DNA of 64,000 bases from a virus. A model generated the notes under the pieces. The model was given only the letters and a program-made list of their open reading frames with translations. It was not told where the DNA came from and made no database searches. The translations under genes and the position numbers were made by a program. Positions 54,252 through 62,677 of this stretch are shown here, one piece after another; the stretch's first letter is position 1, and each line of letters starts with the position of its first letter. The stretch lies in the IMG/VR virus record IMGVR_UViG_3300025395_000007; one strand, written 5' to 3'.

Positions 54252-56021
54252 ATGGCAGAACTATTTGGGTTTGAATTCAAACGTAAAATACCAGTTGATA
54301 CGCTACCTTCATTCGCCCCAAAGGAGAATGATGACGGAGCAGTAGTAGTAGCAGCAGGTGGTGCTTATGGCACATACGTTGATCTTGACGGTACAGTAAG
54401 AACAGAAGCAGAATTAGTTACAAAATACCGCGAAATGGCTCTTCAGCCAGAATGTGATGCAGCGGTTGATGAAATTGTAAATGAATCATTATCTTGTGAT
54501 GATGAAACTATTGTCGATATTAATTTAGACAATACAGATATTTCCGATAATATTAAAAAAGTTATTAGAGAAGAATTTCAGCAATGCTTGAAACTTCTTG
54601 ATTTCAACAAACATGCATATGACATTTATCGCCGTTGGTATATCGATGGCCGTTTATACTATCATGTTCTTGTTGATGACAAAGCAGTTAAAGAAGGCAT
54701 CAAAGAACTTAGATACGTAGATCCACGCAAGATCCGTAAAGTTCGTGAAGTTGCTAAAAGAAAACTACAAACTGGTATGACTACTGGTGAAGGTGTTATG
54801 ACAAAAACTGTTAATGAATACTTTATCTTCAATGATAAAGGTTTCAATTACGGTAACAAAGCAGTTGGGCCAAGTTCAAATGGTTTAAAAATTGCTAAAG
54901 ATTCAGTACTTCACATTGTATCTGGTTTAACTGATAACCAAGGTACAATGGTTCTATCATATCTACACAAAGCTATTAAGGCATTGAACCAGTTGCGCAC
55001 ACTTGAAGACGCATTGGTTATCTATCGCCTTGCTCGTGCACCTGAACGTCGTATTTGGTATATCGACGTTGGTAACTTACCTAAGATGAAAGCTGAACAA
55101 TATGTTCGCGACATTATGGTTAAGCATAAAAACAGATTGATTTACGACGCCTCATCAGGCGAAGTAAGAGATGACCGCAAATTCATGACGATGCTAGAAG
55201 ATTACTGGTTACCACGTCGTGAAGGTGGAAAGGGTACAGAAGTGACCACACTTCCAGGCGGTCAGACTTTAGGCCAGATGGATGACGTTCTTTATTTTCA
55301 GAAGAAATTTCTTCAGACATTGAATGTTCCTATCAGCCGTTTAAATTCAGATGCATTGTTCTCTATTGGACGTGCAACAGAAATTACCCGTGACGAATTG
55401 AAATTTGACCGTTTCGTTGTTCGTTTACGTTTGAGATTCTCTAGCCTATTTACTAAAATTCTTGAGAAACAATTAGTTCTTAAGGGTGTAATGACTATTG
55501 AAGAATTTCAAAAACTTGCTATGGATTTCAAATATGAATATTCAAGAGATAATTATTTCACTGAATTAAAAAATAATGAAATTACTGAAGGTCGTGCAAA
55601 CCTTGCTCGTAATCTTCAAGATATGGTTGGTAAATATTATTCCCATGCTTGGATTCGTAAAAATATCCTTCATCAAACTGATGAAGATCTTGAAAAAATG
55701 GACGAGCAAATTACCGAAGAAACACAATCACAAGATCCACGTTGGATTAATCCAACTATTGAACAGAATGTGCAAATGCTTCAACAGCAACAACAGGCTG
55801 CACAACCTCCAGCTGATGATAATCAACAACCTGAAGCTGATCCAAATAAAATTGAAGAAGTTAGACAGGCAATGATTACTGTAGATCAAATGAAGAAAAA
55901 ACCTAAATCACAGCGTTCAATTCAAGATCAATCCAAATACAAAGCTGCTGTACAAATAGTTGCCAAAAATCCAGATGTAGTGAAAAAAATGGGTACTGGT
56001 GGCGGTACTACTGCCCAATAA
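54252..56021 (+). CDS. gp20: portal protein
   Basis: LFGF, RWYIDGR, LVIYRLARAPERRIWYIDVGNLPK, EDYWLPRREGGKGTEVTTLPGG, EITRDELKF. Confidence 0.98.
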   Translation: MAELFGFEFKRKIPVDTLPSFAPKENDDGAVVVAAGGAYGTYVDLDGTVRTEAELVTKYREMALQPECDAAVDEIVNESLSCDDETIVDINLDNTDISDNIKKVIREEFQQCLKLLDFNKHAYDIYRRWYIDGRLYYHVLVDDKAVKEGIKELRYVDPRKIRKVREVAKRKLQTGMTTGEGVMTKTVNEYFIFNDKGFNYGNKAVGPSSNGLKIAKDSVLHIVSGLTDNQGTMVLSYLHKAIKALNQLRTLEDALVIYRLARAPERRIWYIDVGNLPKMKAEQYVRDIMVKHKNRLIYDASSGEVRDDRKFMTMLEDYWLPRREGGKGTEVTTLPGGQTLGQMDDVLYFQKKFLQTLNVPISRLNSDALFSIGRATEITRDELKFDRFVVRLRLRFSSLFTKILEKQLVLKGVMTIEEFQKLAMDFKYEYSRDNYFTELKNNEITEGRANLARNLQDMVGKYYSHAWIRKNILHQTDEDLEKMDEQITEETQSQDPRWINPTIEQNVQMLQQQQQAAQPPADDNQQPEADPNKIEEVRQAMITVDQMKKKPKSQRSIQDQSKYKAAVQIVAKNPDVVKKMGTGGGTTAQ

Positions 56022-56033
56022 GGAGAATATAAC

Positions 56034-56240
56034 ATGACAGAGAATAATAAATACAGTATAGAAGATTTAATTGCAACATCTACCAATCAACAACCATTAG
56101 ATTTTGAACATGTGTTTGGTGAGTTAATGGTAGATAAAATACAAGCTGCGGTTAATGATAGAAAAATTCAAATCGCACAAAGTATGTATTCTTCAGAAGA
56201 AGATTTTGAAAGCGAATATAACTCAGAGGAAGATTACTAA
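56034..56240 (+). CDS. small acidic prohead core protein (gp67-position)
   Basis: Acidic ORF directly after portal; AGGAG SD. Confidence 0.6.
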   Translation: MTENNKYSIEDLIATSTNQQPLDFEHVFGELMVDKIQAAVNDRKIQIAQSMYSSEEDFESEYNSEEDY

Positions 56241-57130
56241 TGGCTAAGAAACCCCTAAGAAGTGTTGCTCCTAAAAACTTAAAGGAGTTGGAAGGCGTAA
56301 ATAAATCTAAGGTTAGAGCTGGTTCAACTGGAGAACTTCCAGGGGTTGACTACATGCCAAAAGATGAAATGGGTCAGAAGTTTGTAAAAGCTCATGACAC
56401 TGAAGAATGGGAAGGTCGCGCAGGTAATAAAGAAGATGTATACAATGGCGACAAAGTAAAGTATTCTTTAAAGACTCCTCAAAATAAACTTATGGGTAGA
56501 GATCAAAAAGAATCAGAAAAAGTATACGAAGATTCTAAAATGAGATGCGAAGCATGCGGTAATATGTATGAAGGTGCATCATGCGATTGTGGTAAAATGA
56601 AAAAAGGTACTAAAAAAAACCTTATCCTCAGTGGCGGTAAAGGTCTCCAAGAAGTCATTACAAAAAAAACTCCTACTAGTGAAGTAATAAATGACTTTGT
56701 TCATTCAAAAAATAAAATGTTTGCTGGCGATTCGAAAGAACAACGTATTAAGAGAGCTCTTGGTGCAAAATATGCCATGATGCGTTCTGAAGAAAAAGAT
56801 CATGATGATACAGAAGAAGAAATAAGCATGGTTGGTACTGAGCTTAGAGCCATCTGCTCTGATGCAGAAGATCTTCTAGCAAGAATGCCAAAAGATATGC
56901 ACATTGAGCCATGGGTTCAATCAAAGGTTGCTGTTGCAAAATCAATGATTTCAGGCGTTCGTGATTACATGCTTAATAAAAAGTCTGTCAAAGAAGATTT
57001 AGCAATGCCAATGCTTGAAGATGGCAAAAAGAAAAAGAAAAATAAGAAAATGGAAAAAGAAGAAACTTCTCCAGCCGACAGCTCAATGAATTTAAACACA
57101 TATGGCACTATTGATCAAGGGAGAGTATAA
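56240..57130 (+). CDS. putative internal head / prohead core protein
   Basis: K/E-rich, CEAC..CDC motif, EPWVQSK module; between portal and protease. Confidence 0.6.
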   Translation: MAKKPLRSVAPKNLKELEGVNKSKVRAGSTGELPGVDYMPKDEMGQKFVKAHDTEEWEGRAGNKEDVYNGDKVKYSLKTPQNKLMGRDQKESEKVYEDSKMRCEACGNMYEGASCDCGKMKKGTKKNLILSGGKGLQEVITKKTPTSEVINDFVHSKNKMFAGDSKEQRIKRALGAKYAMMRSEEKDHDDTEEEISMVGTELRAICSDAEDLLARMPKDMHIEPWVQSKVAVAKSMISGVRDYMLNKKSVKEDLAMPMLEDGKKKKKNKKMEKEETSPADSSMNLNTYGTIDQGRV

Positions 57131-57486
57131 TGGCGTATATATCACCAGCAGCTGGAGCTTTTAATCCAATTGGAAATACTGTTACTTTTTTAGGTAACAC
57201 TGCAGCCCCAACTGCGATACAAGCTGTTGGAACTACTGCAAATATTAATTATAGCTATTGTCAATATCGTATTTTTAACTCAGGTTCGTATTTAACATTT
57301 ATTGGATATGGCTCTAGTGCAACTATTGCAAATAATAATGCTATTGTTGTTTCTACTAGTAATACTGGTTTACCAATTCTTCCAGGAACAGTAGAAATTA
57401 TTTCGGCACCTGCTAATTCTTATTTTACTGGAATTACTGCTTCTGGCACATCTCAAATTTATGTAACTCCTGGATTGGGTGTTTAA
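57130..57486 (+). CDS. hypothetical beta-rich protein (possible capsid decoration)
   Basis: Almost uncharged; YRIFNSG, LPGTVEI, IYVTPG.G. Confidence 0.6.
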   Translation: MAYISPAAGAFNPIGNTVTFLGNTAAPTAIQAVGTTANINYSYCQYRIFNSGSYLTFIGYGSSATIANNNAIVVSTSNTGLPILPGTVEIISAPANSYFTGITASGTSQIYVTPGLGV

Positions 57487-57487
57487 T

Positions 57488-57718
57488 ATGACTGTTAAAG
57501 CATCTATCCAAACTGGTACTAGCGTTACTATTGGCGGCAGCGGTTCACCAACTATTGCTTATGGTACTGGCGCTCCTAGTGGAACAAAAGTTACTGGTGC
57601 AGCATCTTCTGCTACTGGCACCCCTGTTACTGGTTCACAATATATCAGAACAGATGGTACTACTGGTGCAAGAATATATTGGTACTACGGTTCTTGGACC
57701 GCACAATCATCTCCATAA
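57488..57718 (+). CDS. hypothetical small protein (possible head fibre/decoration)
   Basis: GTGAP..GSQYIRTDG..IYWY..W motif. Confidence 0.55.
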   Translation: MTVKASIQTGTSVTIGGSGSPTIAYGTGAPSGTKVTGAASSATGTPVTGSQYIRTDGTTGARIYWYYGSWTAQSSP

Positions 57719-57728
57719 GGGAACTAAA

Positions 57729-58406
57729 ATGAAGTTAATTACAGAACTAACTGAAGAAGTAGAATATCTTTCTGAAGCCAAAGAATCTGGCGAAAAGGAA
57801 CATTTTATTCATGGTGTATTTCTTCAAGGTAATTTAAAAAACCGTAACGGTAGAATTTATCCAATTGATATTCTATCGAAAGAAGTAGATCGTTATATGA
57901 AAGATATGGTCAAGCATAATCGTGCTTTCGGCGAGCTTGGTCATCCAGCTGGTCCTGCTATTAATCTTGACCGTGTTTCACATATCATTGTCGATCTTAA
58001 AAGAGATGGTTCTAATTTTATTGGTAAAGCAAAACTTACTGATACACCAATGGGCAATATTGCAAAAGGTCTTTTAAAATCAGGTGGTAAAATTGGTGTT
58101 TCATCACGTGGTTTAGGTTCATTAAAAGCAGGTAAAGACGGCATTATGGAAGTTGGACCTGACTTCAAACTTGCTACTGCTGCTGATATTGTTCATGATC
58201 CATCAGCACCTCATGCTTTCGTCGAAGGCATTATGGAAGGCGTTGAATGGATTTATGATCCAATTAAAGACACTTGGTATGAAGAAAAAGTTGATGGTAT
58301 CAAAAAAGCTATTAGTAAAATGTCTAGATCCCAACTTGAAGAACAAAGACTAGCTATTTTTGAAGATTATATCGCTTCATTAACAGTAAACCAACATATT
58401 ATATAA
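57729..58406 (+). CDS. gp21: prohead protease
   Basis: MKLITE, NRNGRIYP, GELGHP, INLDRVSH, GVSSRGLGS, DIVHDPSAP.AFV.GIME; start moved to ATG 57729. Confidence 0.97.
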   Translation: MKLITELTEEVEYLSEAKESGEKEHFIHGVFLQGNLKNRNGRIYPIDILSKEVDRYMKDMVKHNRAFGELGHPAGPAINLDRVSHIIVDLKRDGSNFIGKAKLTDTPMGNIAKGLLKSGGKIGVSSRGLGSLKAGKDGIMEVGPDFKLATAADIVHDPSAPHAFVEGIMEGVEWIYDPIKDTWYEEKVDGIKKAISKMSRSQLEEQRLAIFEDYIASLTVNQHII

Positions 58407-58409
58407 ATA
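58402..58409 (+). promoter_or_regulatory. T4-type late promoter
   Basis: TATAAATA upstream of gp22. Confidence 0.8.
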
Positions 58410-58440
58410 ATTCTAAAATCTATTAAAGGAGACTTTTCTA

Positions 58441-59796
58441 ATGGCTGATATCGAAAACAATACCGACCTTCAAGAAATCTTCAGAGCTTCATTAGAAGAA
58501 GCTAAGAAGAAAGCTCGCGCTAAATCAAAGAAGCGTGAAGAGGAAGAAGAAGGCGAAGAGGAAGAAGAAGAGGAAGAAGAGGGCGGTCATCGTAAGATGG
58601 AAGAAGCTCGTCGTGAAGAAGAAGAGGAAGAAGATAGCACTGAGTCAGAACGTGAACAGGGCTGGTCTAAAACTAACAAAGTTTCCGGAAAGCGCGATGA
58701 AAAAGATGACGAAAAAGCACAAAAGGGTAAGAAAAGACCTGCTGCATATGGTTCTGTAAAAGAAGACACTCTTTCAGCTTCAACTCTCAAGCCAGCTGCT
58801 CGTTCTGTTTCTGATTCAAAAGCTCTTACTAAGTCAAAAATTGGTATGATGACTGGCATGATGCACATGATGAATGGCATGGGTAAGTCAGACATGGTTG
58901 ACTTTTTCAATAAAGTTATCGGTCTTTATGGCCCAAATAAAAACTGGGGTGTTGATAATTGGGAAGGTAAAAACGAAGCATCAATTCGTATGAATCCATC
59001 ACACGCTGTAAGCAGCAAAGGTCCATCAACTAATATGCCAATGCCAAAACTTAATGTCAAAGAAGACGTTGAGGAAATGTTTGATGGTCAAGACCTATCA
59101 GAAGAATTTAAAGAAAAAGCATCAACTCTATTTGAAGCAGCTATCAGCGCTCGTTTAATCGCTGAATCAGCTCGTCTTGAAGAAGAATTTGAAGCAAGAT
59201 TTAATGATGAACTTTATACTTTCACTGAAGAAGTTACTAACAAACTCGACACATATCTCGATTATGTAGTTGAAAATTGGATGACAGAAAATGAAGTAGC
59301 CATCGAATCATCTCTCCGTAATGAACTTTCAGAAGAGTTCATGGATGGATTAAAGAATCTTTTTGCTGAACATTATATCGATGTACCACAGCAAAAGGTT
59401 GATGTTCTAGAAGCTCTTGCCGATAAGGTAAATGCACTAGAATCAAAGCTTGACGAAACAATTACTGAAAACACAGAGTTAAAAGGATTTGTTTTAGAAA
59501 ATCATAAAAATGAAATTCTAGAAGAAATTTCCTCTGACCTTGCACTAACACAGCAGGAAAAATTTGCTGCTCTTGTTGAAGGTATTGAATTCGATGGCGA
59601 TCTTAACACATATGCAAGAAAGCTTATGATCGTTAAAGAAAACTATTTCAACAAATCAACAACTTCATATTCTTCAAATATCGAAGAAGAAACTTTTGAA
59701 GGCGATATCGAAAATACTAATGGTTCAGGTTCAAGATTCGTTGATCCACAAGTTAACCGTTATGTACAAGCAATCGCTAAAACAGTTAAGAAGTAA
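58441..59796 (+). CDS. gp22: prohead scaffolding protein
   Basis: LSEEFKEKASTLFEAA, YLDYVVENWM.ENEVAIE, GLKNLFAEHYIDVP, KENYF. Confidence 0.95.
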   Translation: MADIENNTDLQEIFRASLEEAKKKARAKSKKREEEEEGEEEEEEEEEGGHRKMEEARREEEEEEDSTESEREQGWSKTNKVSGKRDEKDDEKAQKGKKRPAAYGSVKEDTLSASTLKPAARSVSDSKALTKSKIGMMTGMMHMMNGMGKSDMVDFFNKVIGLYGPNKNWGVDNWEGKNEASIRMNPSHAVSSKGPSTNMPMPKLNVKEDVEEMFDGQDLSEEFKEKASTLFEAAISARLIAESARLEEEFEARFNDELYTFTEEVTNKLDTYLDYVVENWMTENEVAIESSLRNELSEEFMDGLKNLFAEHYIDVPQQKVDVLEALADKVNALESKLDETITENTELKGFVLENHKNEILEEISSDLALTQQEKFAALVEGIEFDGDLNTYARKLMIVKENYFNKSTTSYSSNIEEETFEGDIENTNGSGSRFVDPQVNRYVQAIAKTVKK

Positions 59797-59801
59797 TCTT
59801 A

Positions 59802-59809
59802 TATAAATA
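59802..59809 (+). promoter_or_regulatory. T4-type late promoter
   Basis: TATAAATA upstream of gp23. Confidence 0.85.
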
Positions 59810-59848
59810 AATTGAACAATACCTTTAAAAGAAACGAAAGGAACTACT

Positions 59849-61252
59849 ATGTATCTAGCTGAGGAAATCCAAAACAAGTGGGCTCCAGTCCTAGACCATG
59901 ACGCTCTTGGCGCCATTAAGGACCAGCACCGCCGTTCCGTAACTGCTATTATGCTTGAGAACACTGAACGTGCTCTTACAGAATCAGCAGCTCACGGTTC
60001 GTATCAAACTCTTTCTGAAACATCATCTGCACTTCCAGCAAACTTCATGGGCTCAAGCTCATCAACTGCTGGCGCTGGTGGTATCGATACTTTCGATCCA
60101 GTATTGATCTCCCTAGTTCGTCGTGCAATGCCTAACCTTATTGCATATGACATCTGCGGCGTTCAGCCAATGACTGGCCCAACTGGTCTTATTTTCGCGA
60201 TGCGTTCGCGTTATGCTAACCAGACTGGTACAAACGGTCTTGCTAACGGTCAGAGCCAAGATAACGAAACATTCTATAACGAAGTTAACACTGCCTTCAC
60301 TGGCGCTGGTGGTCTAACTGGCGTTAACTCAAACAACTTCGGTTTAGGTTTCAAGGGTACTATTCCAGGTGCAACTAATACTTCACCTCTAACAGCTACT
60401 AACACCTATAACACTGGTGGTGGTATGACTACTGCTGCTGGCGAAGCACTTGGTGTTGATTCTGGTAACGTATTCCCACAGATGGCCTTCACAATCGAAA
60501 AGGTTACTGTTACTGCTAACACTCGTGCTCTAAAAGCAGAATACACTATGGAACTTGCTCAAGATCTTAAGGCAATCCATGGTCTAGACGCTGAAACTGA
60601 ACTTGCTAACATTCTTTCGGCTGAAATTCTTTCAGAAATCAACCGCGAAATCGTTCGTACTATCAACATCACTGCTGTTGCTGGTGCTCAGGACAATACA
60701 ACTACTGCTGGTGTATTCGATCTTGATACCGACTCAAACGGTCGTTGGTCAGTAGAAAAGTTCAAGGGTCTTATGTTCCAGCTTGAACGCGAAGCTAACC
60801 AGATTGCCAAGCAGACTCGTCGTGGTAAGGGTAACATCGTTATCTGTTCTTCGGACGTTGCTTCCGCACTTCAGATGGCTGGTGTTCTTGACTACGCTCC
60901 TGCTCTTAACTCAAACAAGCTTGAAGTTGACGATACTGGCAATACTTTCGCTGGTGTTCTTAACGGTCGTCTTAAAGTTTATATCGACCCATACGCAATC
61001 GGTGGTAACTATATCACTGTTGGCTATAAAGGTTCGTCAGCTTTCGACGCTGGTCTATTCTATTGCCCATACGTTCCTCTACAGATGGTTCGTGCGGTTG
61101 ATCAGTCAACCTTCCAGCCTAAGATTGGTTTCAAGACTCGTTATGGCGTTGTAGCGAATCCATTCGCTCAGGGTCTAACTAAGGGTTCAGGCGCTCTTGC
61201 TATTAACACTAACGTATACTATCGTCGCGTTATCGTCAATAATCTTATGTGA
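59849..61252 (+). CDS. gp23: major capsid protein
   Basis: DPVLISLVRRAMPNLIAYDICGVQPMTGPTGLIFAMR, RALKAEYTMELAQDLKAIHGLDAE, QPKIGFKTRYG. Confidence 0.99.
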   Translation: MYLAEEIQNKWAPVLDHDALGAIKDQHRRSVTAIMLENTERALTESAAHGSYQTLSETSSALPANFMGSSSSTAGAGGIDTFDPVLISLVRRAMPNLIAYDICGVQPMTGPTGLIFAMRSRYANQTGTNGLANGQSQDNETFYNEVNTAFTGAGGLTGVNSNNFGLGFKGTIPGATNTSPLTATNTYNTGGGMTTAAGEALGVDSGNVFPQMAFTIEKVTVTANTRALKAEYTMELAQDLKAIHGLDAETELANILSAEILSEINREIVRTINITAVAGAQDNTTTAGVFDLDTDSNGRWSVEKFKGLMFQLEREANQIAKQTRRGKGNIVICSSDVASALQMAGVLDYAPALNSNKLEVDDTGNTFAGVLNGRLKVYIDPYAIGGNYITVGYKGSSAFDAGLFYCPYVPLQMVRAVDQSTFQPKIGFKTRYGVVANPFAQGLTKGSGALAINTNVYYRRVIVNNLM

Positions 61253-61283
61253 GGACTCGTTTTCTCATATCTATACACTAAAT

Positions 61284-61319
61284 AAAGTCAGGGGTTTGAA
61301 ACCCCTGACTTTTTCTTTT
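61284..61319 (+). terminator. intrinsic terminator after gp23
   Basis: AAAGTCAGGGGTT-TGA-AACCCCTGACTTT followed by a T-rich tract. Confidence 0.85.
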
Positions 61320-61327
61320 GGAGGTAG

Positions 61328-61522
61328 CAATGGTCAAATGGTTCTAGAAAAAGAGCAGAGCCAAAAATATCGATGACACGTGAAGAGCAAGATAAACTTT
61401 GTTCAGGACAACTTAAAAACAGATGGGCTGATCCAGTATGGGCCACTAATCAAAAAATAAAATTAAAAGAAGCTTGGATTAAAAGAAAAGAAAAACTAAA
61501 TATCAATGAACTTGCTCAATGA
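61328..61522 (+). pseudogene. probable homing-endonuclease C-terminal remnant
   Basis: Basic ORF 61373-61522 (..LKNRWADPVW..KLKEAWIKRKEK..) resembling NUMOD-type DNA-binding tails; the GGAGG-ATG at 61330 is out of frame and stops after 5 codons. Confidence 0.45.
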
Positions 61523-61566
61523 AGGCAAGATATTTTAAGACGGTTTCAAGCCGCAAACTTTAAGAG

Positions 61567-61589
61567 GAGAGCTTCGGCTCTCATTTTTT
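61567..61589 (+). terminator. intrinsic terminator with UUCG tetraloop
   Basis: GAGAGC-TTCG-GCTCTC-ATTTTTT. Confidence 0.9.
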
Positions 61590-61593
61590 CACA

Positions 61594-61601
61594 TATAAAT
61601 A
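61594..61601 (+). promoter_or_regulatory. T4-type late promoter
   Basis: TATAAATA upstream of gp3. Confidence 0.85.
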
Positions 61602-61623
61602 GTAGGTGATATTGGAGGAATAT

Positions 61624-62181
61624 ATGTCAGCTGCAGAAAACACCCCATCAAATAAAAACTTTTTATCTCCACTTAATTTTCAATTTCAAATTAAGAAAAC
61701 ACCGTATACTAACTTCTTTATTCAAAAAGTTAATATACCATCTATGGCTCTGCAAGCATCGGAAACACCTACACCATTCGTAAAAACGCCAGCTCCAGGC
61801 GATCATATTAATTTTGGAACTTTAGAAATTACTTTTAAAGTAGATGAAGATTTACAAAATTATCTAGAACTTTTTAATTGGATGACTCATTTAGGATTTG
61901 ATCAAAATTTTAATCAATATTATGATATTGAAAAACAATCTCCTACTAGCGGTAACGGTATATATTCTGACATTTCAGTTACAGCTTTAACGAGTTCACA
62001 TCAACCAAATTATGTTATTTCATATATAGATGCATTTCCTGTAAATCTCGGAGCAATTACTTTTAATACAACTGATCCGAATGTTAATTATATCGAATGT
62101 AGTGCTACTTTTAAATATACGTATTTTACTGTAGAACAAATAAACAGTATTAATGTTTCTATTGTTGGAAATACTGGTTGA
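61624..62181 (+). CDS. gp3: tail completion / tube terminator protein
   Basis: NFLSPLNF.F.I, VNIP, PGD.I.F..L.ITFKVDEDL.NY.E..NW, DAFPV.L, ATFKY; GGAGG SD. Confidence 0.9.
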   Translation: MSAAENTPSNKNFLSPLNFQFQIKKTPYTNFFIQKVNIPSMALQASETPTPFVKTPAPGDHINFGTLEITFKVDEDLQNYLELFNWMTHLGFDQNFNQYYDIEKQSPTSGNGIYSDISVTALTSSHQPNYVISYIDAFPVNLGAITFNTTDPNVNYIECSATFKYTYFTVEQINSINVSIVGNTG

Positions 62182-62206
62182 CTTTTTCTTTATTATGTAG
62201 TATACT
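62178..62206 (+). promoter_or_regulatory. sigma70-like promoter TTGACT-N17-TATACT upstream of uvsY
   Basis: TTGACT 62178-62183, TATACT 62201-62206; same hexamers as the gp32 promoter. Confidence 0.75.
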
Positions 62207-62242
62207 ATATGATAATTGAAACAGTTTCAAAAGAGTTTTATA

Positions 62243-62677
62243 ATGAAAATCGAAGATATTTTTAATCAATGGAAAGAAGATTCTGAAATTGATAAAACAG
62301 AGCTCGGAGATGAAGCTCTTAAAATTCCTAAGTTACATCATAGATATTATCAAATGTTTATTAACGAACGCCTTTTGCTTCGTTCATATGACGCAGAGAT
62401 GAAGCAACTTAAACTTGATAAGTGGGAATTTTACACTCAAGGTCCAAACGAAGAAACAAAAGAAAAAGGTTGGACTTTACCAGCCAAAGGATTAATCCTT
62501 AAAGCTGACATTCCTATGTACATGGAAGCAGATAAAGATATTATTAAACTTTCTCTTAAGATTGGTATTCAACAAGAGAAAATAGAACTATTAGAATCTA
62601 TAATTAAATCATTGACCAATAGAGGGTATAACATCAAGGTGGCTCTTGATCACCAGAAGTTTACTATGGGAGCATAA
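62243..62677 (+). CDS. uvsY: recombination mediator UvsY
   Basis: WKEDSEID...EALKIPKLH, Y.EAD, I.SL.NRGYNIK..D..KF..G. Confidence 0.92.
   Translation: MKIEDIFNQWKEDSEIDKTELGDEALKIPKLHHRYYQMFINERLLLRSYDAEMKQLKLDKWEFYTQGPNEETKEKGWTLPAKGLILKADIPMYMEADKDIIKLSLKIGIQQEKIELLESIIKSLTNRGYNIKVALDHQKFTMGA

Noticed and set aside
51151-57728. Extended ORF-track starts for gp18 (51151) and gp21 (57531); likewise gp33, gp25, gp3 and uvsY
   Set aside because: Extensions overlap upstream genes or promoters; conserved N-termini, and in most cases SD sequences, support the downstream ATGs used here
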